From Parasitella parasitica NRRL 2501 (Eukaryota; Fungi; Mucoromycota): 64,000 nt of DNA. The position numbers and the translations under genes are program-made. Position 1 is the first letter of the stretch. Every line of letters begins with the position of its first letter. Below the pieces are notes generated by a model that did not search any database, was not told the origin of the DNA, and worked only from the letters and a program-made list of their open reading frames with translations. The stretch spans positions 43,056 through 107,055 of the forward strand of contig MU619313.1 in assembly GCA_025201805.1 (NCBI GenBank). The letters run 5' to 3'. Below are positions 42,178 through 56,507 of this stretch, in pieces.

Positions 42178-45100
42178 CTAGTGTTTCTTATTTGGAGATT
42201 CTAGGCCGGAGAGATCTTCTTCCTCGTCATCTCTTTCTCTCTTTGTACCGATTACAACAACGGGTTCATTACTGATTTTGTTTGACTTGTTCTCATCCTC
42301 TGTGGCTGTAGCATTAGCCTCAGCCGTGTTGCCTTCGGAAAGATCATCCTGAGCAGCATCTGCTTCAGCGGTATTGTCTTCGGTGGCATCGGCTTCAACG
42401 GCATCAGCTTCTACAATGTCGGCTTCCACAATGTCAGCTTCAACAGGATCAGCAGGGTTAGGCTCAGAAGTAGTAGTTTCAACAGCAATAGTTTCTACAG
42501 AAGTGCTGTTGTTGGTTGCATCAGGTGCCACAACCTCTTCTTCAACATCCGAGAAATGGTCAAGAGACTCGGCATTTTTCTCTTCGTCATCTCTAGCCAT
42601 TTCCTCAATTGCATCAGCTTCATTGTCAGCGGGTGGTGAGAGTATCTCTGGGTTTTCATTTTGGATATGGATCTCCACTTCAACGGGGACTTCATCCTTG
42701 TTCGATTGTTTATCCAATTCGCTTTCTTCTTCAACGAGTTCGGCATCAACTTGCATCGACGCAGCCGCTTCATCAGCGGTTTCAGCAGTACTTGTGACAT
42801 CGGAAGTGGGAGGTATAGCCTCGTCATTAGATGGCTCTTCTGTTATAACTGGTTCCTCATCTTCTTGAGGGACAGGTGTGACAACAGGGGTAGTTATTGG
42901 TGTCAAAATTGGTGTATCTACTGAAGGTGGAACAGGCGTTGAAGACAGTTCTGCGGTATTGACGCTGGATGCAATAGCCTTTTTTAACAGATTATTCTTT
43001 GAGGTTAAAATAGGGGATTTGGTTTGCACAGGAGAAACAGGACTAATGGAGACAGCAGGGCTACTGGGGGCAGAGCCAGTTGCAGCTGGAATCCTGGGAG
43101 ACGAGATGGGCGAACCGCCAACGTGGAACGGAGGAGCAGCAGGAGACAATGTCGTTGCTGGTTTTTGAGCCTTCAAGGTATCAATTTCTTTCTGAAGACG
43201 GACAGATTTGTTCTGTGCCATAGAAAGTTGAGCCTTGTAGCGATTTGCCTCAACAGATTGCTCGCTCAACTGTTTGCGAAGAGTGGTTAATTCCTCCTCC
43301 AATGCTGTGATTTTGGTAGTGGTTTCAGCTGTGTTTGCTCCACTAGCTTGAGTATTTTTCAACGCTTTTAGTTCTGCAATACATTGAGTATTCTTTTGTT
43401 GAATTCCACGAGCCTTTTTCAGGACATTGCTGTATTTTTGCTGTTCAAATCCGCATGTTAATGCCACAAAACATTTGTTTAATATGTGCTATTAAAAATA
43501 CCTCCAATGCGTCATATTCCTTTATCTTTTTCTCAAGTTCCTCTTGTCTCTGACCTAAAGATATCTCAGCAGTGGTTTTAGCCGAGTCTACTTTTTTGTT
43601 GACTTCATCCAGTTTAGCCTTGTCATCCTCTAGTTTTCTCACTTGGGCCTCAAGGGCTTCCTTTTCTTGGTTAAGTTTTTGGATGTCGGCCTTCTAGATA
43701 AAGTGTTAATTGGTAATTTGCCATCGATAAAAGCGGAGACGATGACTTACTGAGGTATTTGTGGAATTTGCAGACTCTGATTTCTTGGTCAATTCCTCCA
43801 ATTTAGAATTAGCAGCGCTGAATTTCTTCTTGAACTCCATGGCTAATCGACCTCTCTCGTAGTGTTTTTGAGTAAGTGACGCTATTTCTGTCTTATTGGT
43901 TTCAATCTGCTCTTGAAGCTCTTTGACAGTAGAATCAACAGCTGTTTTTTCCGCCGAGAGAGTTACCAGCTGTGCTCTAGCGGTCTCCAATTCAGCTTTC
44001 AAGCTCTCAATTTCAGCAGGATCGATTCTCTATGGACAAACATCAGACATCAAATAAGCAAAAGAAATAATTAAAAGGCATCTTACATTGTATTTGGAAA
44101 GCAATTTAGCAGAGCGAGCAGTCCATTCTTTCTGGCTCTTTTGGAGGACGATAATTTCTGAATTGGCCTGGGCCAGTTCAGCTTCCAATGTACAAACTTT
44201 AACTAAAAACGAGCAAGAAAGAAAAGAGTCAGTAGCTATGATGACAATGCACATCCAGACCACAAACCTTGAAGAGGAGAGATTTCAGCCTCCATCTTGG
44301 CTTGCTCATTGAGAGCCTTTTGCTTGGCTTCACGCAATTCTGTATTTTCCATAATCAAGGATTGGTTTTGAATCTTGAAGGCCTCGTATTGCATCTTGTC
44401 ACTAATGGCATTATCACTGGATTGCTGAGAAAGAGCTTTATTATCTTCACGAAGTCTTGATATATCAGCACGCAATGTTGCAGCTTGAGCCTGGATATTA
44501 TCCAGCTCATTTTCTTTACGTCTAAGCTTGTTACGTTCATTTTGATAGTTCAACTCTGCAGCATCCTTTTCAATACGAAGGGTGGTGTTGGCTTCACGGA
44601 GCTGTTTGACAATCTCTTCAGTTGTAGCCATAAAGCCGGCGCGCTCAGGTCCGTTCTGCTTATCGTTGGCGCCAATCCATTCAGCGTGTTTAGCAATAAG
44701 ATCAGCAACAGATTGAGCCAATTCTTCGTGCTGTTTGTTGAGAGTTGCCAGTCTCTGCTTCCAGCTTTCCTCAGACGTAGTTCTTTCATTAGACTCATGC
44801 TCCAATTCGGATTTGAGAATGTCTTCTCGAGCAGAAATAGTAGCAATTGTGGCTTTATATTGCGAGATTTCAAACGTAAGATTGGACACATCGGAACGCA
44901 AAGCATTGATGGTCTGTCGCTGTTCCTCAGCGATCTTGGATTCGGCTTCAAATTTACATTCCACTTCAGCCAAAGCATTTGTCTTGGCTTCAATAGACTG
45001 CTTCAAGCTGTCAATCTCGTCTTCTTTGGCAGTAACATCAACATCCAACATCTTCAGCTTTTCCTCCAGATTTGCTTTTTCCGCAGAGATTTCGGCTTGA

Positions 45101-48100
45101 GATGCAACAAACTTCTCCTTCAAAGCGTTGTATTCAGTAATGGAATTTTCAGCCTCTTGTTGGGCCATTTGTACAGACGCATTTCTTTCTTCAATATCCT
45201 TCAACAGCTTGTCGATAGTAGTTTGAGTATTTTTGATTAGTTGGTCGTGATCAGCATGATTGGCGGCAAGAAGCTTCTCCTTTTCAGCAATAATTGCTTG
45301 ATAGGCATTGTTGTCATCTTCTAAGGATCGAACACGATCTTCAGCTACAGCCAAGAGACGAACATGCTCCTCGCAAGTTGGAGAGGTAGTAATATCAGCA
45401 GAGGCATTTTCAGCGCTAGACAAAGCAGATTTAAGTTGTTCTTCAGCAGTAACCAATTTTGTCTGAGCAATAATTCTTTCCTGAGTAGCATCAGAGAGTT
45501 TTTGCTCAATTTCCGCAATCTTGGACTTGAGTAAACGAACTTCAATAACAGACTCTTTGTACTTGTCCTGCATCTCGGTTTGATCAATCGATTTGTAGTA
45601 GTCTAGTTGCTTCTCAGTAGTAACTAGCGTGTCACGAGCGTGTTGTAACTCACGGTTCAATCTTTCGATTGTTTCAAGCGATTGCTCATTGGAGTTTTTG
45701 TCGGCTGTGCTGGAGATATCCAGACGTGCCTGTAGTGCTTCTAATATCGAAACCATTTGACTCTTTTCAGACTTTTCTCTATCAATGTTTTCTTTGATGT
45801 CCTTATAAGCAACAGCAGTGGCGTCATAACGTGCCTTCAGTGTAATTTTCTCTTCAGACAGTAACTCGATTCTGCATTTTTGCTCTAATATTTCCCTACT
45901 GAGGTTTGACAATTCTTCGTCCTTTTGAGTGATGCGTTCATTTAAGAGGCTGTTGTTACGACCAAGAGATTTGCTATCTTGATCAGCGCGTTGGTATTGA
46001 CTCGAAAGCTGCTCAATCTTCATCATCAAATTGCGCTTCTCTGCATTCAAATTGCTCAGGTTCTTCCTTGCTTCTCGCTCGGAATCTCGGCAAATAGACA
46101 ATTCCTCTTTGAGCTTGTTCACTTCTTCTGAGGTCTCTTTACGATAAGCCTCCAAAGTGATATCCATTTCTTCATGTTGGCGTTTTTGAGCGTCTTGAAT
46201 TTGGTGGAACTTTTCAGTAGCGTCCCCATCACCCAATTCACTTACGATTTTCTTGTAATTATCACATTCAGTAGTTGTGATCTGCAATTTAAATTGTAAG
46301 TCTTTGATCTTTTCATCAAGCTCAGTGGTTGTTCGCTTAGCCTCGTCAAGAGCCGCTTTATACACATGGGTGTCACTATCTCGTGAAATCTCTGTAGAGC
46401 TAATTTTGTCTTGCGCTTCTCGAAGCTGTTGATTCAGTGTTCTAACTTCCAGAGTGAGGTCTTTGTTGATATCTTGAAGTTGTGCAACATTGTTAAACAC
46501 AAGTTGATTATGAGGAATAGTGGGTTTTATCAGTGTATCACGTAACAAAGATGCAGTATCTTTGAGGCCTGCTGGAATAGGTTCGTTGCGTTTTTGAATC
46601 TCTGCCAAAAGATGCTGTAATTGATATGTGGTATCATTTAGGGTGGACGACAGATCCTCTTTCTCTTTTTGTAACGAGTTGTATCTGGTTTGCAGTTGAG
46701 TCTGGCTGTTCGAGATCTGTTTATTAACATCCTGCTGCTTCTTGAGTTCATTGGCTATGGATGAGTTCTTTTGTGCCGTTGCTTTCATCTCCTTGGACAG
46801 TCGATCAAATTTAACATTGCTTTCGTGTTGTTTGCGACTCAGCGTTTCAACAGTGCTGTTAAGATTGTTATTGCTCAGGATTGTAGCCTTGTATTTTTCG
46901 CGAAGATCAAAGAAGTCTTGGAATATATCTTCAGGGCGTCTTTGTAGGTCTCGATACTCTTGCATCAAACGAAGCAAATTGGATGGCGGCTTTTCGCTTG
47001 TAGCCGAATCTGTAGCACCTGTCAATTGGCCAAAGTTTGCTTTACGAAGCTCTCTTTCTTGCAACAATTGTAATTCTAGCTCCTTGTTTTGCTTGATAAT
47101 ATCTTCCCTTTCACTGTTGATAACTTGAATCCTGGATTCGAATGTAGCAACTTTTTCATGAGTGTTAACAGTGTACTCGTTGTATATAGCTTCGAGCTCT
47201 CGGTAAGCTTTGCTGGTGCTGCCTAAACTTAATTCAAGCTGGTGAGTTTGCTGGGTGAGTTCTTCCAGCTTAAGTTCCACTTCATTCACACGGTTTCTGG
47301 CATGCTGAAGTTGAGTGCGAAGCTGGTCAGCTTGGTCAGCCAATTCATTCTTTTCAGATTGCAGATCGTTCATTTTTTCCAACAACTTTCTACGCGAAGA
47401 TTTCTAATGGCGTTATAATTCATTAGTATATTAATTAGTAGCCGAATATTAAGGTAGGTACGTACGCTGTTTTCATTGAGTTCATCATAGCTAGACTGAA
47501 GATGCTTGATTTGCGAGCTGAGCAAATTGATTCTGCTTTCTGTATTTTCAAGTTCGTTCTTCAAAGTTCGTTTGTCAGTCTTCAGCGAGTATCAATTAGT
47601 ACATGAATGTTAAATAACGCAATAACATTATGGCTTACTGTGAGCGTATTGACAAGCGAAGACATTTTCTCCATTTCGATAGACTTTTGTATGATGGCTT
47701 GTCGTGAAGTGTTTAATTCTTGCTGTGTTTTGTTCAAAGCATCTACACATCATAACATGAGTTTCTTTTTTTTTTTCTTACGCAGGAAACATCGAGAATT
47801 ATGGCAGTTACCTCTCTGATGAGCTAATGATTCAAGATTAGAAGTCTCCCTTTCTCGCAGACGTCGTTCACTGTCGGTAAGCTCTTGTACTTTTTCGACT
47901 GCTTCCGCTTTACTTCGCTCAACTGCTGCTTTAACATCTGCTAATGTTTGCTTGTCTGATCTCTCTTTTTCCAAATCTATTACTATATAGTTGACGCTAT
48001 TAATTAAAAAAAAGTTGATATGTAATCACATAATCAATTTACGTAAAGCCGCATTTCGTTTTGAAAGATTTTCCAGAGTAGTTTCTAGTTCGACAATTCT

Positions 48101-48243
48101 CTGTTCAGTGTCATTTACACCCAAAGCTAATAGTAAAAAAAAAAAAAAAAACACAAGAGATTGGTGAGTTATTGAAGGCTGAATTGTCCATCGACATCGT
48201 TACCTCCTTTTAAGCGTTCAGAGTCTTCCTCTAAGCTAGCCAT
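42178..48243 (-). CDS. Nuclear basket coiled-coil protein Mlp1/Tpr
   Basis: Long multi-exon coiled coil with VFNNVAQLQDINKDL and WTARSAKLLSKYNRIDPAEIESLK (Tpr/Mlp-like motifs) and a disordered acidic C-terminus. Confidence 0.75.
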
Positions 48244-49464
48244 GGTACACTGATTTTATTTGTATGGACAAGAAGAAGAAACAAAGAAAAAAAATCAATC
48301 AGGACGCGTGAACTCGTCCTGCTGTGCCGGATGCAGATGACATCACAAATGTGAACAAAAGAGCAACATCTAATCAATGGTAACTCAATGAACCGCTATG
48401 CGATAAGGTTGCCATACTAAGACACGACAAAGTATGTCTTGTTGTATGAAATTTTGGAAAATCTAATGCTTCAATTCAATGTTCAAATGCAAAAAGAGAC
48501 TTGACATTTAACTATCAAGACTAATCTCCAACAGCGCGCGATTCAATATAAGAAGCCAAAATCTCTTTGCATCTAAACAATTACTACTTCAAGGGGCACA
48601 AACACAATCAAAGCGTAAGCTTCAGCTCATTGCGCCAAAACAAGGATCTACTGTGAGACATCCTTTCACATTATTTTTGCTTGCCAACCATTTATAGCCG
48701 AGCGTCAACTTAGATTGATTATTCATGTCCATTTGAGACCCAACATGTAAAGAAGAAGAAATTTTAGTGACTATGGATTTACGACTAGGGACCAATGAGA
48801 CAAACCATGATCTTCAGATTCAGCGACATGGAATCGTCTATAAAAGAGAGCTTCAGCCGAGCAAACATTTGCTTTTTCCTTTAGCTTGCATTTTTCTGAA
48901 AAATAAACGTTACCAGTATAGGGCGCAGGAAAAGATTCGTTTTGTACGCTGAAAGTACTTTGTTAAGTATGAGTAACTACTGGGAGAATCTTTTCTCAAT
49001 AATCTGTGCATATCCTAAGGTGACTCAAGCTTGAAAAAGTGATTGTTTGATTTTGGGCTTTGGTTTACTTGATCCTTGAGTTAATGCTTCGGCAAGCGCT
49101 CGGTGATGGTGCCTTAGCCTTCAAACTTTCTGGATGATATATTCCTACGCCTAAGGTAGATACTATGTATCCATTACCCCAGGCAAAACCATATCACTGC
49201 CATTCTTCTTTTTTACATTATAAAGTTTAAATGAAAAAAAATTTTTTTTTTATCAAGTGTGGCTTTTTGGCTGCACATTTTGAGAGAATGAGCTACTATA
49301 TTAGCGAACGATAGGTAAGACGGTGGCTCAAAAAGTTCCGTAATGGAGACGCATCTCTTGAAAATGAGGATGGAGTAATAGGACATAAAGTAATGACTTG
49401 AAGTAATTGTTTCCCTAAAAAAAAAAAAGATTAGGATCATCTCAACTTAATGATGATAAAATGA

Positions 49465-49670
49465 GCGTATAATTTTACTTGTGGTGATAAATGGTTGTTT
49501 TATATCAATAAAGCACACTCAGGAAGATGGATTGATAAAGATCTAAAGCAGTCTTTATTCACACAAAGTGCAACTTAAGATATGGTGGTATCATGGTGGA
49601 TTGATCCATTACAATCTCTTCGAAGAAAGTGAAATTATCAACGCAACTCGTTATTGCAAGAAAATGAAGT
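49465..49670 (+). mobile_element. Degenerate mariner-type transposase fragment
   Basis: TCGDKWLFYINK..RWIDKD, then a frameshift to HKVQLKIWWYHGGLIHYNLFEESEIINATRYC. Resembles mariner TGDEKW..Y.N and K.ML.VWWD..G..HYE.L..G.TIN...YC. Confidence 0.7.
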
Positions 49671-51408
49671 TATTCTCCTACATAAAAACGCCAAACCTCA
49701 CAGACTTAATGAATGATGAAAACTTAACAAATAGAATCCAAATCAGATGAAACCGTCCTAGTATTGTTTCGCATATATCTAATATGTTATTCTTTGTTGC
49801 TATGGCTACGTATTTGTAATAAATTGCTTTAATCTTTACAGAAAATATTTTACTAATCCACCAAAGTTGCAAGGTATTAGATAACAAAAAACGTCCTTTT
49901 ACATCTGCTTGATTGACGAGTAATGAAAAGCAATATATTTGGGGCATCTAATACTGGATTAGAGTGTAGATATCATAGTCAAATGTCTTTTTTTAACATT
50001 TTATACCTGATCTTGGTGAAATGAGGCCTCTGACAGCACCCAAAAGCATACCAAACGAATACTCTCGTTCCATAGACTCATTTCGAGTACATTTCTTGGA
50101 TTTTTTCAGACCTAAATTTTAACTCGAATTTTGCCTTATGAGACCTCGTCTGAAAAGCCATTTTTTACAAAAGTCCATATTTTAGCCGAAAAACAAGATT
50201 TTTTCAAGGTGCCTTTTAGGAACCATATGTGTGAGAAACTGCCCTCTACGTTATGGTGGCTTTTATTTTAAAGTTTCCAGCCAAGTTTAAAGGCTTACCA
50301 TGGAAAAACAAAAAATTATGAAATCATAAATAACAAAGGTTTTCAAACATAAAATGCTTTTTTCAAAAATAGTATCATCAAAGCTCAAATTTTCACAGAA
50401 TTTTTCATTAGTATACATCCTGCACTTGACCATACCATTGGACCGTGAAAACTCTTTATATGTTTAGGGAATGGCAAATGGACCCAAAACTTGGCTGCTT
50501 TGCAACCGTGTATTAAAACTCAGGCGTTTGGCTGTTTTGAACAGATTCAACTTTTGTAGTGGTTAATCAAGCGAATAGCACATGCTTCATGACTTGTCTC
50601 TCAGTTGCTGACATATCTAAGCAGTTGGATTAATTATAAAAAAGTGGAATTTTTAATTGTAAAGGTCAATAACTGAAATAAACTAGGCTACAAGCCTCCC
50701 ACCCTTCGCACAAACAGCTACAGAAATAAGCAATTAAAGCTTTGGTTTTAATTTCACAAGATAATCATGACGAACATTCAAGTATGTCTGCAGAAGCATC
50801 ATATAGAGATTTTTTTCAAGCACTGTACAGTGCTATTTTAAATAGCTTTTGTTCAACGCAAACGATTTATCGCCTAATAGCAACGCCAAAACTGGCAATC
50901 GCTTTGACATTATTTAAAATTTTTAGGGGAACATACGCATTAAGCCTCAAAATACGTTTATTAGCTGATCAAAAGTTGAGTTAAAAGGGGGTTTTTAATG
51001 CTTTGAGCTGAACGTTATAAATAAAAATGAAATGAATGGCAGTAAAAATTACGAATTACAAGGCAAAATCAGTTGAGCAACTAGCGCAGTAAAACTTTGC
51101 GTCCTTGATAATGAGCCACACGATACTGCAAAATGTTCAAAATGGTCCTATCCCAAAGAGACCGTGCGATGGTAACTAAGTTTTACCATACATTTATACA
51201 ACGTAAGTCTTTCCCTGTCATTTTTAATAGATAAAATTCATTATTTTATCACCCACCGATCCAACCAAACATATCAAGCCATAGCAGCTTTGTTTTAGTG
51301 ACTGAAAGTCCATCAACAGAAACGCCTATTTAAGGTAACATCACGAAACAGGACTAAAAATTTTACCTTTTTTTTTCAATTCTCCTTTTTTAACAGATAT
51401 ACACATAA

Positions 51409-54400
51409 ATGGAGGTAAGAATATACGAACAAGCAAAAATCTGTTTTTAATCGAGAATGGCTCGGAATGAAATAGCAATATCTTGCAGGTCTTGACGACG
51501 TTTTGACAAAGTTGGCTCAAGCCCAGGATTCTGAAACTATCAGGCAGGTAAGCATTATGATGAGAAAGAGAGAGAGAGAGACAAGGAGAGAGTAATTTAT
51601 CAGAGTGTATAGGCCACCTCCATCTTAAATACACAGTACTACACTACTGCTGATTGTATCCTTGCTCTTGTGGAAATCATTTCTAGATCGCATAGTTTTC
51701 CAGTACGTCAATTAGCCGCTGTCGAGTTACGCAAAAGAGTCTCCAAATGGTGGTCTCAGGTGCCTGAAGCCAACAAGGTAAACCTGCGTGATCAGTTGCT
51801 GAACATTGCTCTCAGTGAATCCAAGTAAGTCTTGTAAGTACATGTGTATTTGGGAGGCTAAATCTTGTCGTCTATAAACAGTGCCCCTGTCCGCCACTCC
51901 ATTGCAAGAGTCATTTCTTCAGTTGCCAGCATTGACATGCCCGATGAGAAATGGCCTAATTTGCTGAAATTCTTGCATGAATCCTGTGCTAGTCCAAACG
52001 CTTCTCACCGTGAAATAGGTATTTATTGTTTGTATACCTTGTTTGAAGCCATTGCGGATTTGTTCATGAACAACATTGCTTCGCTGTTTGATCTCTTTAA
52101 CAAATCGATTGTGGATCCTGAAAGCAAAACCGTCAGAGTCACAACAGTTTTAGTCTTGGGCAGGCTTTCTGAATTCATTGATAGCGAGGATAAGTCTACC
52201 ATTGTAAGTTTAGAGAGGTTTCAAAAGGATTATGCTATTAACAATGTCTTGTAGAAAATGTTCAAAGCCATTATTCCCAGCATGGTCAATGTCCTGGAAC
52301 AATGTATAAACGATGGCGATGAGGAAAATTGCGCCAAGATTTTCGAAGTCTTTGATACTCTATTGATGCTGGTAAAGTACATCAACCCGCAGGAAACAAA
52401 AGTGTTTCATAGGATCTAACAGTGCGGATGCAATAGGATGCGCCTTTGCTTAACGATCATTTAGCCAACTTGGTCGACTTTTTCTTGAACATTGGCGCCA
52501 ATACTGAGCTGGATGACTCTCTCCGTGTATTTGCCTTGTCATTTTTGATGTGGACAGCTGTCTAGTAAGTGATTTCCTCTAGCTATAGTCAAGTATCACT
52601 GATACTGACACATATACCGTGCGCCTAGCAAACAAAACAAGATCAGGCATTTGAAGTTGGTTGGTCATATCATAGAGAAATTAATGCCCATCGGCACTGA
52701 AGAAGATCCAGAGGACGTTGATGACGATTCTGCATCTCGCGTAAGTTTAAGAAAGGGAGAAATCAACTGAAATCATGCGTACTCATGTTTTCATGCTTGA
52801 AATGTGTAGCTGGCATACAAAGTACTGAACGCTTTAGCCACCAACATCCCCCCTCAACAAGTGTTCCCTTTGGTCATGCCATTTGTTTTGAACTATATGC
52901 AAAATCCTAATCCCAACTACCGTAAAGCCGCCATGATGGCATTTGCCGTTACTGTTGAAGGCTGCACGGATATCATCGCCAACAAACTGAGCGAGCACCT
53001 CCCTCTTGTCTGCACTGGTCTTCAAGATCCCGAGATTGTTGTTCGTCGTGCTGCTTGCATGGCTCTTGGTTGTCTCGCTGAAGAATTGCCCGTTGACATC
53101 TCGGAACATCACCAAGTCTTGCTGCCCCTTGTCTTTAATCTTATGAACGACAACAATCCCGAAGTAACCAAGCACGCTTGCAACGCACTCGATGCTATTC
53201 TCGAGGGTCTTGGTTCAGACATTGTTCAGTACCTCCAATTGCTGATGGAAAAACTCTTGTTCCTTTTGGACAATGCTGCCGAGACTGAAACTCGTGCCAC
53301 CGTCATTGCTGCGATCGGCAGTGCTGCCCATGCTGCAGGCGATGCGTTCCAGCCTTACTTTGGTCAGGTCATGCCTCGAATTCTCCAGTTCATGTCCCTG
53401 AACGAATCGGCTGACGATCAACTGCTCCGTGGAGTAGCTACTGACACTGCTGGCTCGATTGCTGAAGCTGCCGGTGCCGAGCTGTTCAGGCCTTATGTCC
53501 AAGGTTTAATGACACTAGCCGTAGAACAGCTCAAACTGGACTCTCCCCGCCTCCGCGAATGCTCGTTTGCCTTATTCTCCAACTTTGCCCGTGTCTTTGG
53601 CGAAGAATTTGCGCCCTTTTTACCCACTATCGTTCCTGAAATCTTGACTTCTTGCAAGATTGAAGAGAAGAACGAAAATGTTCTTGACGAAGAAGTTGAC
53701 TTGACTACAGGCGGCATGGATGATGATTTAGATGAGGATTTCGAAAACTTTAATTTCAATTCTGCCATTGCCGATGAAAAGGAATTTGCTGTTGATGCGT
53801 TGGGCGAGCTCTTTGCCAATACCAAATCCCACTTCTTGCCTTATGCTGATGAAGCTCTCTTGGAATTGCAGAAATTGACTGGCCATCTCTTTGAAGGCGT
53901 CCGCAAATCTGCCACTCAAAGCTTGTTTACCTTCCTCAAGACCTTTTATACCATGTCTAACCCTGGTCCTTGGACTGTGGGTATCCCTGCTACTTATGCC
54001 ATTCACGATAATGTCCAAAGTTTGATAAACACCACTATCCCCATGACACTGGAGCTTTGGAAGGAGGAGGACGATCGCTCCGTAGTTGCTCAAACCTGCC
54101 AAGAGTTTGTCGCTGCGCTCCGTTTGATGGGTCCCATCCTCGTTGCCGATTGCCTTGAGGATATCTCTGGAAACCTCTTGGAAATCTTCCAAAAGAAATC
54201 CATCTGTCAGCAGGCCTTTGACGATGGCGACTACGAGGAGGAAGACGATGAATTGGAATCCGAATCCCTGTTGATCACATCTGCTGGGGACCTCGTTGCT
54301 GCTTTGTGTGAGGCAGTTGGTCCCAACTTTGTCAACTACTTTTCGGTGTATATGCCTCTCATTAGCAAATATTACAAGCCTACCAAAACTCAGTCTGAAA

Positions 54401-54990
54401 GAGCTATGGCTGTCGGATGTTTGGGCGAATGCATTAGTGGCCTCAAGACATCCATCTCACCTTATACTGCGCCTTTAATGAAAATCTTTGTCAAGGCTTG
54501 TAGCGATGAGGATGAACTTGTTCGTAGTAATGCTGCATTTGCTCTTGGTTGCTTAGCTTTGCACACCCAAGTTGATCTGAGCAACGAGTATCCTGCTCTT
54601 TTGAATGCCCTTTCGCCTTTGTTCAGCAATCAAACTTTACCCAATACCGTAGACAATGCTGCTGGCGCTACTGCTCGTTTAATTTTGGCGCGTCCTGGCT
54701 CAGTTCCATTAGATCAAGTTCTACCCACATTTACCAATGCCCTGCCTTTGAAAGCAGACTTTGAGGAAAACCAGCCTGTCTTTGATTGCATTTTCCAGCT
54801 ATTCAATGCCAACAACCCTTTTGTTCTTGGAAATCTGCCTCAATTCCTGCACATCTTTACCCAAGTCCTTTCAGATGAAGATCAGCTGAAGGAAGCCACT
54901 CGTGGCCATTTAATTGAACTTGTTCGTCATTTGAGCACACAATCTCCCGAACTCAACATTGGTTCTAGCGATTTAGCTCGCTTCTTGTAG
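51409..54990 (+). CDS. KAP123: Importin-4 / karyopherin Kap123
   Basis: HEAT-repeat importin-beta architecture: VRQLAAVELRKR, acidic loop followed by NSAIADEKEFAVDALGELF, DNAAGATARLI and LPLKADFEEN. Confidence 0.92.
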
Positions 54991-55118
54991 GAAAAGACTA
55001 GCACAATTATTTCCTTTAATATTCCTCTTCAAAGTTTAATTCAATATGTATCATTATAAATTATGCTCTTAATAAAGCAAACCAAAAAAAAAACAAAAAA
55101 AAAAAAAAAAGCCGTTTA

Positions 55119-56507
55119 TTAAAGAGGAACTCGACGTAGAGCATGGATCAACCAGAAATTGGATGTCAATAATGCGAGAGCGCCTGCCTGATGAGCAGCA
55201 GCTAATTCTATAGGAACCATATAGATTAGGGTAGATATACCTAGTGTCACTTGAACAACAACTGCACCCATCATTGTATTGACAGCCATTCTCACATTCT
55301 TAGGGAGAGGCAGTTTTCTTGAATATAGCCATAGTGCAGTGGTCAAGGTAGCGGTGGTTTCAGCAAGAGTACGATGATCAAATTGGACAGTAGTAGGGTT
55401 TTCAAGCAAATTACGCCATTTACCAGTATCATTGGGCTTTACATATTGGTCAGACCACAATTCTGCAGTAGGAGGAACAATGCCCTCACCCATATATGGG
55501 AATTCGTTATAAATCAAACCAGCGTCTAAGCCAGCAACCAAACCACCAGACATCACTGTAATCATCATCAAAGCACCCAGACTATGAGTGGCAATGCGGA
55601 AACGCTTAAGAATAGGGTTATTCAGCATGGATGCTGTGCTGGCTGGGAACTTTCCACTGGCAATCTTGTTTCCACGTATAATATCAGCGGCTACAAATAT
55701 CGTACTGGCATAAATAGCAATGGCAGTTGCCAAATGAGCTGTTAAGCGATATTGGCTTACTCGGGGAACAGCCCCTGGCTCCTTCATAAGCGCTTCAGAG
55801 AGACCAGACTTGACCATATACCAGCCCATGAACCCCTGAAAACCCATCAAGCAAGTTATACCAAATGTTTGCTTTGCAACTTTCTTTGTCATATATCCCT
55901 TTGAAGCGAAAAAAAGACCTGGCAATATGAAGGACGCACCGATAAAGCGGCCGATCATACGGTGAGACCATTCCCAGTAAAAGATATTTTTGAACTCTTC
56001 CAATGTCATATGGCGATTCAAACTAATTCAAATTTTTTTTTAATATTAAGCAGGTTTAATTTTTGCGTATACGTACATTTTGTATTCAGGAAACTGCTTG
56101 TATTTCTCAAATTCTTCTGTCCATTCCAGTTCTGATCTAGGAGGCTTCATACCGGATATGACATTCCATTCAGTAATAGATAATCCACTTTCAGTCAATC
56201 GGGTCAGGCCTCCTACCACGACGATGGAGAATATCATGCCAGCATTGAAATAGAGCCAGTAGGCAACTACAGGCTTTGACACATTGACAGCTCCAATAGC
56301 AGCAGGTGTAGATTCGGTGGCAATTGTCAAGCACCTTTGCTGCATATTAGCTAAAGTAGGCAATTTTTTTGGAATTTGAGAGTAATTTTTCTGCAATGTT
56401 CTATGGAAAGCTGCAGTCGAGAGTGCTCTCGATTGCAAATTTGTAAGTCTGGGCGCTACCTTGCAACCAACATTATGAAATGATCTTGAGAGTGCTGCTC
56501 GTAACAT
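55119..56507 (-). CDS. COX15: Heme A synthase Cox15
   Basis: Motifs VVVGGLTRLTESGLSITEW, EWSHRMIGR, VPRVSQYRLTAH, VAGLDAGLIYNEFP, QFDHR and AAAHQ; two exons. Confidence 0.97.

Noticed and set aside
42365-42455. VEAD(I/A) pentapeptide repeats in the Mlp1 tail
   Set aside because: Ordinary low-complexity expansion in a disordered region.
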